In this document: piece after piece, positions 20,830 to 29,687 of the stretch | Layout: each line of letters begins with the position of its first letter | How positions within the stretch are numbered: position 1 is the stretch's first letter | Origin: Spirochaetaceae bacterium | Lineage (GTDB): Bacteria; Spirochaetota; Spirochaetia; DSM-2461 | Length of the DNA stretch: 64,000 nucleotides | Assembly: GCA_051531975.1 (NCBI GenBank) | Contig: JAOPTT010000003.1 | Location: forward strand, 128,001 to 192,000 | Reading direction: 5' to 3' | Notes under the pieces: model-generated | Told to the model about the DNA's origin: nothing | What the model saw: the letters and a program-made list of their open reading frames with translations, nothing else | Databases searched by the model: none | Position numbers and translations under genes: made by a program

Positions 20830-21750
20830 TCACTTTATGCCTATCCATTTAATAATGTCTCTTTTAAGTATATTAAATTCAAAAATATTCCTTGGACCAT
20901 GCTCCATTTTTCTATAATACTCAAATGTAAAATTCTCTTTATTATATTGGTCTTCAATTATTTTTGTCGACTCGACAGGACAAGACCAATCTCTCTCTCC
21001 ATGTATAAATAAAACAGGGATATTTATTTCTTTAATATACTCAATTGGATTATAGTCGAAAAAGCTACTCCATCTGGTATAAGGGTGACCTAAAAAAAAT
21101 TCTGTAATTGAATCTGGGTTTTCTTTTATATCTTTATAAACTTTTTCAGTTTTTACTAACATGGATCTATATTCTTTTGGCATTTTTACAGAAGAAGTTG
21201 CTAAAGTTTTAAACTCATCTAACTGAGTCATACCACCACCACCTGCAAGAATTATAATCTTATCAATTTGATCCTTAACTTTTAAATTATTATAAATAAG
21301 TGGTACTAAAGCACCACCATCAGATGAACCCATAAGTATAACTTCAGAAAACTTATTGTTAGATAAATAACTGTTTATGCTTTTAGTATAACTATCAACA
21401 AAGCCTTGGACTGTTGAGTTTTTTAAAGCTTTAGGGTCAGAATTGTACTCTTGTCCAGCTTCATAAAAGAGCTTCTCTGGTACAAGAACATTAAAGTTCT
21501 TTCTAAACTGGTTAATTACGATACTAGCAGAACTTACTGTTTCCCAAGAACCATCATCATCCTTAGTTCCTAATACAGATTTGTAACCACTACCTTCAAT
21601 ATATATTAATAACTTATCCGATCTGCTATTAGGGAAGACATAGTAGTTTCCATCTGTTTTATATACTAACATTCCTTTATATTTTACTGTTGAGCATGAA
21701 CTCAATAAAACACCTACAATTAATAAACATATTACATTTTTAAATTTCAC
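20830..21750 (-). CDS. Alpha/beta-hydrolase lipoprotein
   Basis: Lipobox LLSSC; GSSDGG nucleophile, HGERD acid and MEHG histidine; likely GTG start at 21750 after GGAG. Confidence 0.75.
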   Translation of the reverse strand: MKFKNVICLLIVGVLLSSCSTVKYKGMLVYKTDGNYYVFPNSRSDKLLIYIEGSGYKSVLGTKDDDGSWETVSSASIVINQFRKNFNVLVPEKLFYEAGQEYNSDPKALKNSTVQGFVDSYTKSINSYLSNNKFSEVILMGSSDGGALVPLIYNNLKVKDQIDKIIILAGGGGMTQLDEFKTLATSSVKMPKEYRSMLVKTEKVYKDIKENPDSITEFFLGHPYTRWSSFFDYNPIEYIKEINIPVLFIHGERDWSCPVESTKIIEDQYNKENFTFEYYRKMEHGPRNIFEFNILKRDIIKWIGIK

Positions 21751-21853
21751 TTTATTCTCCAATAAAAAATATTATAGAGAATATAAATTGCTAATAAATT
21801 ACAATCTGGTTACATATAAGTAATACATTAACTTTATTAGAATATAGAGGGAT

Positions 21854-22222
21854 TTATTGGTTAATAATTTTATTAATCTTACCTGTTAATACATCCAAAT
21901 CAAATATTGGTTTAAGTATAATGTTATTATTTGTTAAACCTAAAGAAGTCAATGTTTGCGGAATAGAATAATTATAATCTCCAGTGTGTATTAGAAATTT
22001 CATTTCTGGTTTAATCTTATTAATTTCTATTATTAGTTTATCACCTTCCATATCTGGAATATGAAGATCAACAATAACAAGGTCGATATCACTTTTTGTA
22101 GATATGGATAAACCTTCTGATGCAGTTGAGGAACAGTATATTTTAAAACCTTCATCTTCCAATAACATTTCTAATGATATACGAATGGATTCATCATCAT
22201 CAATTATTAAAATATGTTTCAT
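21854..22222 (-). CDS. Single-domain response regulator (receiver only)
   Basis: IIDDD, VDLHIP (phospho-Asp), HTG and KP motifs; no output domain. Confidence 0.9.
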   Translation of the reverse strand: MKHILIIDDDESIRISLEMLLEDEGFKIYCSSTASEGLSISTKSDIDLVIVDLHIPDMEGDKLIIEINKIKPEMKFLIHTGDYNYSIPQTLTSLGLTNNNIILKPIFDLDVLTGKINKIINQ

Positions 22223-22323
22223 TTTGTCCCCCTAAATGTATTATAAACTAAAACAAACAATTATTATCATTAATTTTTAATTAATTTACATTTAATTCAC
22301 AGGGGGACTATTTTAATACAATA

Positions 22324-24264
22324 TTAAAACTGAGATTTATGTTTTATAAAAAAATCTACTCTAGGCTCAAGCCATTTAAGTTTATGGTCACTAGGGTTTT
22401 CTGTAAAATAGTAGATATCTTTAAATAGATAATCCCAATTAAAGAAGTCATCGTTAACATTTAGATAATCCTTAACCAGCTCTGTTCCTGTAGGGGCAAC
22501 AGGATGTAAAAGAAATATAGCGGTTCTTAACATATGGAAAATATCTATAAGTACCAATTTTATATCATCTTCATTTATATCTTTTACCATTCTTTTAGCC
22601 CACTCTTTACTTATGCCTCTAATATATTTTTCTATATTAAACATAGCTTTATGGAATTCGTTATTATAAACCCTTCTTTCCCACTCTAATATTATTCTTT
22701 TTGAACCCTCTAAAACTTCACTTGATATTTCCCCATATGGTAAAACTCCATCAAAGTATTTTTGAGTTGTGTAAAAACAGGAACGACAGATTCTATTTAA
22801 AACATTACTTAATAGATTACCCTCTTTTAAAACCGGATCTGCATCTTTCTCTTTTGCTTCTTTATTAAAAGGCTTAGGGTTAAAATTTATTGGTCGCATA
22901 CCAAGACCTAGGGCAAAAAAATGAGCTCGCAACTGGTCTGGGGTATAATGCTCTAATAAGTCCAGAGCCATTATTGGTTTTATCTCGCCAGAAGATGAAG
23001 CTTTTCGATTACCTTGAAGAAGATGACAATTGGCTATTAATTTTGGAAATTGTAACTTTCGACCTTCTAAGCCCATAAATAAAGACATCTCAGCAAGACT
23101 ATAAAAAAAGATATTATCCTCTCCCATAAACTGATAAACAGTAGAATCTTCTGAAGACCACCAATCCTCAACCTTATTTGAACTAAGACTATGAGACTCT
23201 AGATAACATTTTGTAAATGAAATTGGTGCCCATAAAGATTCAGGCCAAACCCAAAATGTTAAATCCTTTAATCCATCAATCTCTGGGACATTTATACTCC
23301 ACTCTATATTTCCTGTTATTCTAAATGGAGTAAGGGTTTTTCCTGCTCTAAAACGTAACCCCTCCCTGTTTAATATTTCTACTGCTAACTCTCTTTGTTC
23401 TAGTGATGTGAAAATTAAAGATATTGATTTTTTATCTTCCTTTGTTTCATGGCCTGGAAGTTTACCTTTAATTAGTTCTAGTGCTTCTTTACTTTCGTTT
23501 TTAATATAAACAACAGGAGGTTCTAAGAACTCTTTAATTGTAGAAATTACATGTCGCCTACTATCAGATCTATTTTCTATTTTATTAACCCACTGGATTA
23601 ATTCGTTTTTAAAGTTATTAGGATCAATATACCAGTTAGTAACCTCCTTCATTTCTGGAGGTTCCCCAGATAATATACTTGTTGGATTAATTAAATCTTT
23701 TGGATCATAGGGGTGCCCCATTTCACACTCATCAGCATATGCCTTTTCTGACTTACAACCTGGCACAGGACACATCCCTATAACCTGTCGCCCATTTAAA
23801 AATGAGTTTAATTTTTTGTCAAAGAATTGAGCAGCTGAACGTTTATGTAGGTGCCCATTTTGATATAACTCAGTTAAAACATCAGAGCTTAATTGTTTAT
23901 GTATCTCCCCAGGTCTTCCAAAAGCTGAAGTATAATAGGATTCTGTAGAAATGTTAAAAGCTTCTAAAGCTACTTTCTGATTATTATGATTAAACAAAAT
24001 AAACTCTTCTAATGAACCACTGAATTCACCGCTTTTTATCTGTTTTTTGTAATATTCAATAATTGGAGAGCCGTAACAATCTGTTCCAGAGACAAAAATT
24101 ACATTATCTTTACCTAATCTATCCTGGAGAAACCTTTTATATATGTCTGCATGTACAAAGACACCTCCAATGTGCCCTAAATGTAAACTTTTATTGCCAT
24201 ATGGCATCCCAGCTGTAACTACTGCTCTAATAGGAAATTCTGGTCTAGAATTATCTACTCTCAT
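22324..24264 (-). CDS. Class I aminoacyl-tRNA-synthetase-like protein, divergent methionyl-tRNA synthetase paralogue
   Basis: TAGMPYGN...HLGH (HIGH motif), SGTD, Zn-knuckle CPVPGC...CEMGH, FWVW, GEDNIFF, KASSS in place of KMSKS, helical anticodon domain; AGGAG RBS. Symbol withheld because its specificity is doubtful. Confidence 0.85.
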   Translation of the reverse strand: MRVDNSRPEFPIRAVVTAGMPYGNKSLHLGHIGGVFVHADIYKRFLQDRLGKDNVIFVSGTDCYGSPIIEYYKKQIKSGEFSGSLEEFILFNHNNQKVALEAFNISTESYYTSAFGRPGEIHKQLSSDVLTELYQNGHLHKRSAAQFFDKKLNSFLNGRQVIGMCPVPGCKSEKAYADECEMGHPYDPKDLINPTSILSGEPPEMKEVTNWYIDPNNFKNELIQWVNKIENRSDSRRHVISTIKEFLEPPVVYIKNESKEALELIKGKLPGHETKEDKKSISLIFTSLEQRELAVEILNREGLRFRAGKTLTPFRITGNIEWSINVPEIDGLKDLTFWVWPESLWAPISFTKCYLESHSLSSNKVEDWWSSEDSTVYQFMGEDNIFFYSLAEMSLFMGLEGRKLQFPKLIANCHLLQGNRKASSSGEIKPIMALDLLEHYTPDQLRAHFFALGLGMRPINFNPKPFNKEAKEKDADPVLKEGNLLSNVLNRICRSCFYTTQKYFDGVLPYGEISSEVLEGSKRIILEWERRVYNNEFHKAMFNIEKYIRGISKEWAKRMVKDINEDDIKLVLIDIFHMLRTAIFLLHPVAPTGTELVKDYLNVNDDFFNWDYLFKDIYYFTENPSDHKLKWLEPRVDFFIKHKSQF

Positions 24265-24281
24265 ATTATTCTCCTAATTAT

Positions 24282-24316
24282 AAAATAAAAAAGCCCCACT
24301 TTAATAAGTGGGGCTT
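24282..24316 (-). terminator. Attenuator terminator upstream of the MetRS-like gene
   Basis: Minus strand AAGCCCCACTT-ATTA-AAGTGGGGCTT (11-bp stem) followed by TTTTATTTT, ending about 6 nt before the RBS. Confidence 0.92.
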
Positions 24317-24333
24317 CTAAAATAAACAATGTT

Positions 24334-24405
24334 TTAAGCAGCCCCATAATAAAGTTGTTGTTGTTGAGTTTGTTGCTGTTGTTCCTGTCTACTTAAATTA
24401 TTCAT
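24334..24405 (-). CDS. Gln-rich attenuator leader peptide MNNLSRQEQQQQTQQQQLYYGAA
   Basis: ATG AAT AAT TTA AGT AGA CAG GAA CAA CAG CAA CAA ACT CAA CAA CAA CAA CTT TAT TAT GGG GCT GCT TAA. Its 3' TGGGGCT is complementary to the terminator 5' arm AGCCCCA. Confidence 0.85.
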   Translation of the reverse strand: MNNLSRQEQQQQTQQQQLYYGAA

Positions 24406-24412
24406 TAACTGA

Positions 24413-24441
24413 AGTATTACATTAAAAATTTAGAAAGTCAA
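24413..24441 (-). promoter_or_regulatory. Putative sigma70 promoter of the leader/MetRS-like transcript
   Basis: Minus strand TTGACT-17 nt-AATACT with an extended TG, 7 nt before the leader ATG; no SD, so essentially leaderless. Confidence 0.6.
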
Positions 24442-24476
24442 ACATAGTAAAGGGATTGTAATTGAAAGGTTTTAAG

Positions 24477-25280
24477 CTAAATCTTCCTAACATTTACCAA
24501 TTCAAGATATTCTGAAATCCACATTTTATATGCAGGTGGAATTACTTCCTGATCGAATTTAATAATTATTGAAAGTAGGCTTTCATCTTCGTTGACTACC
24601 TCGATTCTTTCTATATGTCCTATCATCTCACCAATACCTTCAAGTCCTTTGTATTTCATGATTAACATAGCACTACTATTTCTTAATATTTTTGATGTGC
24701 ATCCAACAAGAATAACTTTAGCACTAAACATCGAAAGTTCAGTTAATATGCATCTTTTACCACAGCCAGAAACAAAAAGAAAGTTCTGATGGTTTTTACT
24801 TTTTGAGGAGCTGTAGAGGTCTTTATTTAAAATAAATCGCTCTTCTGCTCGTTTATGTAAATTTAACTGTTTTATTATATGGGAGCCTAGAATGTTTATA
24901 AAATCGTCAGGAACTCTCTTTGAAAAATCAACTAAAAAGAAATATAGGTCTTTTTTTTCTTGATTATACTCAGTTATTTCTGAAATTTTTGAATGTATAT
25001 AAAAACAGATCTCTTTATGTTCATATTTATCATTGAAAGAAAACATTATAGATATTTTCTGTTGTTTTCTTTTTATGTAATTTAACTGATCGATTGATAG
25101 ATTTATCAGAATCTTTGCACCACTTAAGGATGAAGAATATATTATGCATGAGAGCTTCATCCCACTACATTTTAGTGTTATATCAGCAGGACGTAGCCCT
25201 AATTCTTTAATAACACTCTGATTAAAAGTAATACTATGATCTTTATGATCATCATAGATCTGATTTAGTCTTCTATCCAT
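24477..25280 (-). CDS. PilZ-domain protein, spirochaete PlzA-like
   Basis: 267-aa two-barrel layout with CIIYSSSL in the N-half and RAEER (RxxxR) followed by ELSMFS (degenerate D/NxSxxG). Confidence 0.65.
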   Translation of the reverse strand: MDRRLNQIYDDHKDHSITFNQSVIKELGLRPADITLKCSGMKLSCIIYSSSLSGAKILINLSIDQLNYIKRKQQKISIMFSFNDKYEHKEICFYIHSKISEITEYNQEKKDLYFFLVDFSKRVPDDFINILGSHIIKQLNLHKRAEERFILNKDLYSSSKSKNHQNFLFVSGCGKRCILTELSMFSAKVILVGCTSKILRNSSAMLIMKYKGLEGIGEMIGHIERIEVVNEDESLLSIIIKFDQEVIPPAYKMWISEYLELVNVRKI

Positions 25281-25341
25281 TTTTACAGTATACCGTGTTA
25301 TTATGATATTACAATTAAATAATTAATTATCTATAAAAACA

Positions 25342-25391
25342 TTAAGTCAACTTAACTTTCTATTGACATAAAACTTAAGTCAGCTTAATAT
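25342..25391 (+). promoter_or_regulatory. TetR promoter with two palindromic operators
   Basis: TTAAGTCAACTTAA (25342-25355) and TTAAGTCAGCTTAA (25375-25388) around TTGACA-17-TAATAT. Confidence 0.75.
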
Positions 25392-25397
25392 TTAAAC

Positions 25398-26009
25398 ATG
25401 GACAAAACATTTGGTTTAAGAGATGAGAAAAAGGGTATATTAAAGTTACGAATTTTAGAGACCACACTTAAGTTATTAAAAAAAAGAGATTTTGATAAAA
25501 TTAAAGTCAAAGATATTTGTAAGATCGTTAATACATCTGAGGTTACTTTTTTTAAGTATTTTGTGAAAAAAGATGAAATACTTCAATTTTTTTTACAAGT
25601 TTGGAACTATAAACGAGAACTTAATATCTCAAAAAATGGCCGCCAATTTGGAAAAGACGCTATCTATAAAATATTTTCTGATATTTGTGAAACAGATCAG
25701 CCTACAAAAATTATGTTAACAATATATAACTATATTTCTCATCTTAAAGAGCGCCCTAAAACATTAGTTTTAAAAGATTATGAAAAGTATCTAATAGATA
25801 ATGAAAACCGCCTGGAATATATTTTGACTCTAGATGACCAGATTATTAAACATTTAAAAGAAGCCAAGGAAGATAATATTGAGGAAAAAGCTAAACTTAT
25901 TGGAGCCATATATTACGGAACACCATTAATATCTCATATAACAAGAGAGCCTTTAGGTGAATTATATATTAAAAACTTAGACCTACTATTTAGTAACAAG
26001 GAGAATTAA
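25398..26009 (+). CDS. TetR/AcrR-family regulator
   Basis: N-terminal HTH ...FDKIKVKDICKIVNTSEVTFFKYFVKKDEI. Confidence 0.9.
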   Translation: MDKTFGLRDEKKGILKLRILETTLKLLKKRDFDKIKVKDICKIVNTSEVTFFKYFVKKDEILQFFLQVWNYKRELNISKNGRQFGKDAIYKIFSDICETDQPTKIMLTIYNYISHLKERPKTLVLKDYEKYLIDNENRLEYILTLDDQIIKHLKEAKEDNIEEKAKLIGAIYYGTPLISHITREPLGELYIKNLDLLFSNKEN

Positions 26010-26954
26010 ATGATAAAAGAGTACTTTCAAATGGATTTAAATGGGTGTAGACAATGGATATCTATTACAGGAAACACAGATAAGCCAGTTTTATTATTAT
26101 TACATGGAGGACCGGGCACACCAAGTATGAATTTATTTAGAATGTGGAACAAACCTCTTCTACGAGATTTTTTAGTAATAACCTGGGATCAGCGTGGAAC
26201 TGGACGGTCTAATATTAAAACCTTAGATCCAAATACTTTAACTATAGACCAGCTAGTTTCAGATACTAACCAACTAACACTCTACCTAAAAGAGAGATTT
26301 AATAGAGAGAAAATATACCTTATGGGTCACTCCTTTGGGGCTACGCTAGGTCTGAAAACAGTTGCTAAATATTCAAAGAACTATGAGGCATATTTTGGAA
26401 TATCACAGTTTGTAAATACTACAGAAAATGAGAAAAGTTGTTATAATTGGGTTAAAGCTGAGGCAGAAAGACGTAATGATAGTTCAGCTCTAAAGCTTCT
26501 GAATATTATAGGGGAACCTGTTGAAGGGTTTTATATAAATGGTTTAAAAGACACCATGAAAGTAAAACAATTGGTTGGCAAGTATAAAGGAGATTCTGTA
26601 GGTAAGAGTTCCACAATAACAGTTTTATTAAATTTACTTTTTTGCAAAGAATACAGAGGACGATACCTGAAGGCGTCAATATCTGGCATATCACTCTCCT
26701 TGAATAAATTAGGAAATGATCTTAAGGGAATAGATTTCCAGACTCAAGTTAAAGAGTTAGAAGTACCAGTTTATTTTTTCTCTGGAGACTACGATCAATT
26801 AACACCACAACATCTGCTTAGAGATTATTACAAACAGCTAATAGCACCTAAAAAAGAACTGTTTATATTTAAGAACTCAGCCCACAGTCCATTATGGGAG
26901 GAGAGTGAAAAATTTCATGATATTGTACATAATATTATGACTGTAAAGAATTAA
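26010..26954 (+). CDS. Alpha/beta hydrolase (proline-iminopeptidase-like)
   Basis: LHGGPG, WDQRGTG, GHSFG, GDYD and SAHSP motifs; coupled to TetR. Confidence 0.85.
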   Translation: MIKEYFQMDLNGCRQWISITGNTDKPVLLLLHGGPGTPSMNLFRMWNKPLLRDFLVITWDQRGTGRSNIKTLDPNTLTIDQLVSDTNQLTLYLKERFNREKIYLMGHSFGATLGLKTVAKYSKNYEAYFGISQFVNTTENEKSCYNWVKAEAERRNDSSALKLLNIIGEPVEGFYINGLKDTMKVKQLVGKYKGDSVGKSSTITVLLNLLFCKEYRGRYLKASISGISLSLNKLGNDLKGIDFQTQVKELEVPVYFFSGDYDQLTPQHLLRDYYKQLIAPKKELFIFKNSAHSPLWEESEKFHDIVHNIMTVKN

Positions 26955-27070
26955 TAGGATCGTAGATAATAAACATATATACGAAAAAGTCCATCTTTAA
27001 TCAATTTTTCTACATTGTTAAACCAAGCGTCCGTGATAAAATATATATTATTAAACACGGAGGATATTAA

Positions 27071-28099
27071 ATGAACCATATAGAGAGATTTTTTGCAACA
27101 ATTGAAAGAAAACCAGTAGATAGACCGGCAAGTTGGCTTGGATTACCAGTACCAGATGCACACCAAGCTCTATTAGACTATTTTAAAATTGATAATATAG
27201 AGAAAATGACTCATGCAGTAGATGATGATATATTCCCTGTAGAATTACCATACCACTCGCCAACAAGTAATGCAATTTATACGGCATTAAATTTTGCTAA
27301 GGATTTTGAAGGCACTGAAACAGAGAGAACTTTGACAGCTGCCGGTTTTTTTGAAGATTACACAGACCCATCAAAAATAGATGATTTTAATTGGCCAGAT
27401 CCTAAAAAATACATAGACCAAAAAGAGTGTTTAAAAGCTGTAGAAGATGCACCAAAAGATAAAGCTGTTGTAGGTATTTTATGGTCAGCACATTTCCAAG
27501 AAGCTTGTGCTGCATTTGGGATGGAAGAAGCTATGATGAAAATGATAACTGAACCCGGTATGTTCCAAGCTATAATTGATAGAATCCTTAATTTTTACCT
27601 AGAGTCTAACGAAATTTTTTATAAAGCTACAGAAGGGAAAATACATGCTGTTTTAATTGGTAACGACTTAGGTAGTCAGACTTCCTTAATGTTATCTCCA
27701 GATATGATTAGAAAATTTGTACTACCTGGAACTAAAAAACTTGTTGAACAGGCACATAAATATGGATTAAAAGTAATTCATCACTCTTGTGGTGCAATTA
27801 GAGAGATAATTGAGGACTTAATTGATGTTGGTTGTGATGTTATACACCCTATTCAAGCTTTAGCAACAGGAATGGAACCAAAAAGTTTAAAAGAAGAATT
27901 TGGAGATAGGGTTACATTTTGTGGTGGTGTCGATGCACAAAATCTACTTGTAAATGGAACAAACGAAGAAGTTTGTATAAAGGTAAAAGAGTTAAGAGAG
28001 ATTTTTCCTACAGGGTTAATAATTTCTCCAAGCCACGAAGCAGTATTACCAGATATTCCACCAGAAAACATAAAAGCACTTTTTAAAAGTGTTCATTAG
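27071..28099 (+). CDS. Uroporphyrinogen-decarboxylase / MtaA-CmuA-like family protein
   Basis: GNDLGSQ, HHSCG, HPIQ, GGVDAQ and SPSHE motifs; GGAGG RBS. Confidence 0.8.
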   Translation: MNHIERFFATIERKPVDRPASWLGLPVPDAHQALLDYFKIDNIEKMTHAVDDDIFPVELPYHSPTSNAIYTALNFAKDFEGTETERTLTAAGFFEDYTDPSKIDDFNWPDPKKYIDQKECLKAVEDAPKDKAVVGILWSAHFQEACAAFGMEEAMMKMITEPGMFQAIIDRILNFYLESNEIFYKATEGKIHAVLIGNDLGSQTSLMLSPDMIRKFVLPGTKKLVEQAHKYGLKVIHHSCGAIREIIEDLIDVGCDVIHPIQALATGMEPKSLKEEFGDRVTFCGGVDAQNLLVNGTNEEVCIKVKELREIFPTGLIISPSHEAVLPDIPPENIKALFKSVH

Positions 28100-28114
28100 A
28101 GATAATATGATTTT

Positions 28115-28957
28115 ATGAAAGTTATTAATTATGATAATCAGATAATTGCACAGATAGAATATTTTGACTTCTTAATTAATAACTTAAATATTCAGAGCCT
28201 AATTCATGGCTTCTCCACTATAAAAAGTGACTGGCGCCATAAAAATATAACTTCCCCTTTTCATAGACTATACTTTATTTTAGATGGAAAGGGAGTTCTC
28301 CAGAATTCAACAACCCAGATTGATCTAGTTCCAGGACAAATATACTTAATACCTGCAAATTCAACCTGGACTTATTCCTGCGATAGTACAATGGATCAGT
28401 TTTTTATTCATCTAAGAATAAATCTAATGGATGGGCTAGATATATTTGATAATTGTTCTGAGTGTCTAATTTTACCATATTCATTAGATAAAGTTAAATA
28501 TACTATTAATAAAATGAATATGGATTCTGTTGCTAGTATTATTGGCTTTAAAAGTTTCTTATATGAGATAATTTCTAACTTTATTTTAATGAATAACATT
28601 GAACTTATTTCCCATATTAAACGAACTATAAAATACAAGGACCTTTTTCAGTTTATTGAAAAAAATAAGTCAGCTCAGCTAAAGGTTTCCGATGTTGTAA
28701 ATTACATGAGTACATCCCACTCAACTTTGTATAAAGATTTACGCCTAGATACTGGTTATTCAATAAAATATTATATTAATAAAAAAATTACTGAATCAGC
28801 TTGCGAATTATTACTATTATCAGGACAAAGTATTAAGCAGATCGCATTTAGTTTAGATTTTAAAGATCAATACTACTTTTCAAGGTTTTTTAAAAAACAG
28901 ATGGGTTTATCTCCCTCAGTTTACAGAAGTAGTAATAACCCTACAAAACTTATGTAG
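28115..28957 (+). CDS. AraC-family regulator
   Basis: SPFHRLYFI N-domain; C-terminal IKQIAFSLDFKDQYYFSRFFKK...SPSVYR. Confidence 0.9.
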   Translation: MKVINYDNQIIAQIEYFDFLINNLNIQSLIHGFSTIKSDWRHKNITSPFHRLYFILDGKGVLQNSTTQIDLVPGQIYLIPANSTWTYSCDSTMDQFFIHLRINLMDGLDIFDNCSECLILPYSLDKVKYTINKMNMDSVASIIGFKSFLYEIISNFILMNNIELISHIKRTIKYKDLFQFIEKNKSAQLKVSDVVNYMSTSHSTLYKDLRLDTGYSIKYYINKKITESACELLLLSGQSIKQIAFSLDFKDQYYFSRFFKKQMGLSPSVYRSSNNPTKLM

Positions 28958-29099
28958 AAAGTATCTGTCTATATTAATCCTAATGGGTGTTTTTCTAAAT
29001 AGTTTAACAAATTACTGGTTTTTCACTAACTTCTTTTAGAGTATATAAACAATTTCCTACTTCAGATAAAATATAAAAGTAGTTAATTTAGGGGATAAA

Positions 29100-29687
29100 A
29101 TGAATATAATAGTACTTTCAGATGATAAGTGGCACCCAAAAAGTGTTGTTAAAGATGGTCTTACCCATTTAGTAAAGGTACACAATGTAGCATGGGCTAC
29201 AGATCTAAAAGGTATTAATTTATCAGACTTTTCCCTTATAATATTAGCAAAGATAAATCATGTATCATCGGTTATAGATAAACCATGGATGACAAATGAG
29301 ATAGAAACTCAGTTTTGTGACTTTGTAGAAAATGGTGGAACTCTATTTGTTATACATGCAGGAACAGCTGGTTATAACAACTGTAATAGCTTTAGAAACA
29401 TAATAGGTGGAGTTTTTGATCACCACCCAGAACAATGTCTTGTAACCTATAAACATAAAAACAAAGAACCATACACAGTTAAAGACGAACACTATTTTAT
29501 GACTTTAGATCAACAGGATCTAGATATTTTTATGACTTCAGAATCAGAACATGGTATACAACCAGCTGGTTGGACTAAAGATTATGGTAGTGGAAAGATA
29601 ATTGTGTTTACACCAGGGCATAACCTAGACGTTTGGTTAAATAAAATAAACAGAGAAATCATAGAAGAGGTAATTAATGCCCTATAA
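29100..29687 (+). CDS. ThuA-like (class I glutamine-amidotransferase fold) protein
   Basis: FVENGGTLFVIHAG, GGVFDHHP, DEHY and WTKDYGSGKIIVFTPGH motifs. Confidence 0.8.
   Translation: MNIIVLSDDKWHPKSVVKDGLTHLVKVHNVAWATDLKGINLSDFSLIILAKINHVSSVIDKPWMTNEIETQFCDFVENGGTLFVIHAGTAGYNNCNSFRNIIGGVFDHHPEQCLVTYKHKNKEPYTVKDEHYFMTLDQQDLDIFMTSESEHGIQPAGWTKDYGSGKIIVFTPGHNLDVWLNKINREIIEEVINAL

Noticed and set aside
24352..24387. (TTG)n/(CAA)n tract as a simple microsatellite or contingency repeat
   Set aside because: Interruptions are codon-wise (CAG, GAA, ACT) in frame with an ATG and linked to an antiterminator, so a leader peptide explains it better.
24265..24476. T-box or SAM riboswitch upstream of the MetRS-like gene
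   Set aside because: No T-box GGTGGNACC core or S-box consensus is visible, and the predicted leader (about 140 nt) is accounted for by the uORF and terminator.
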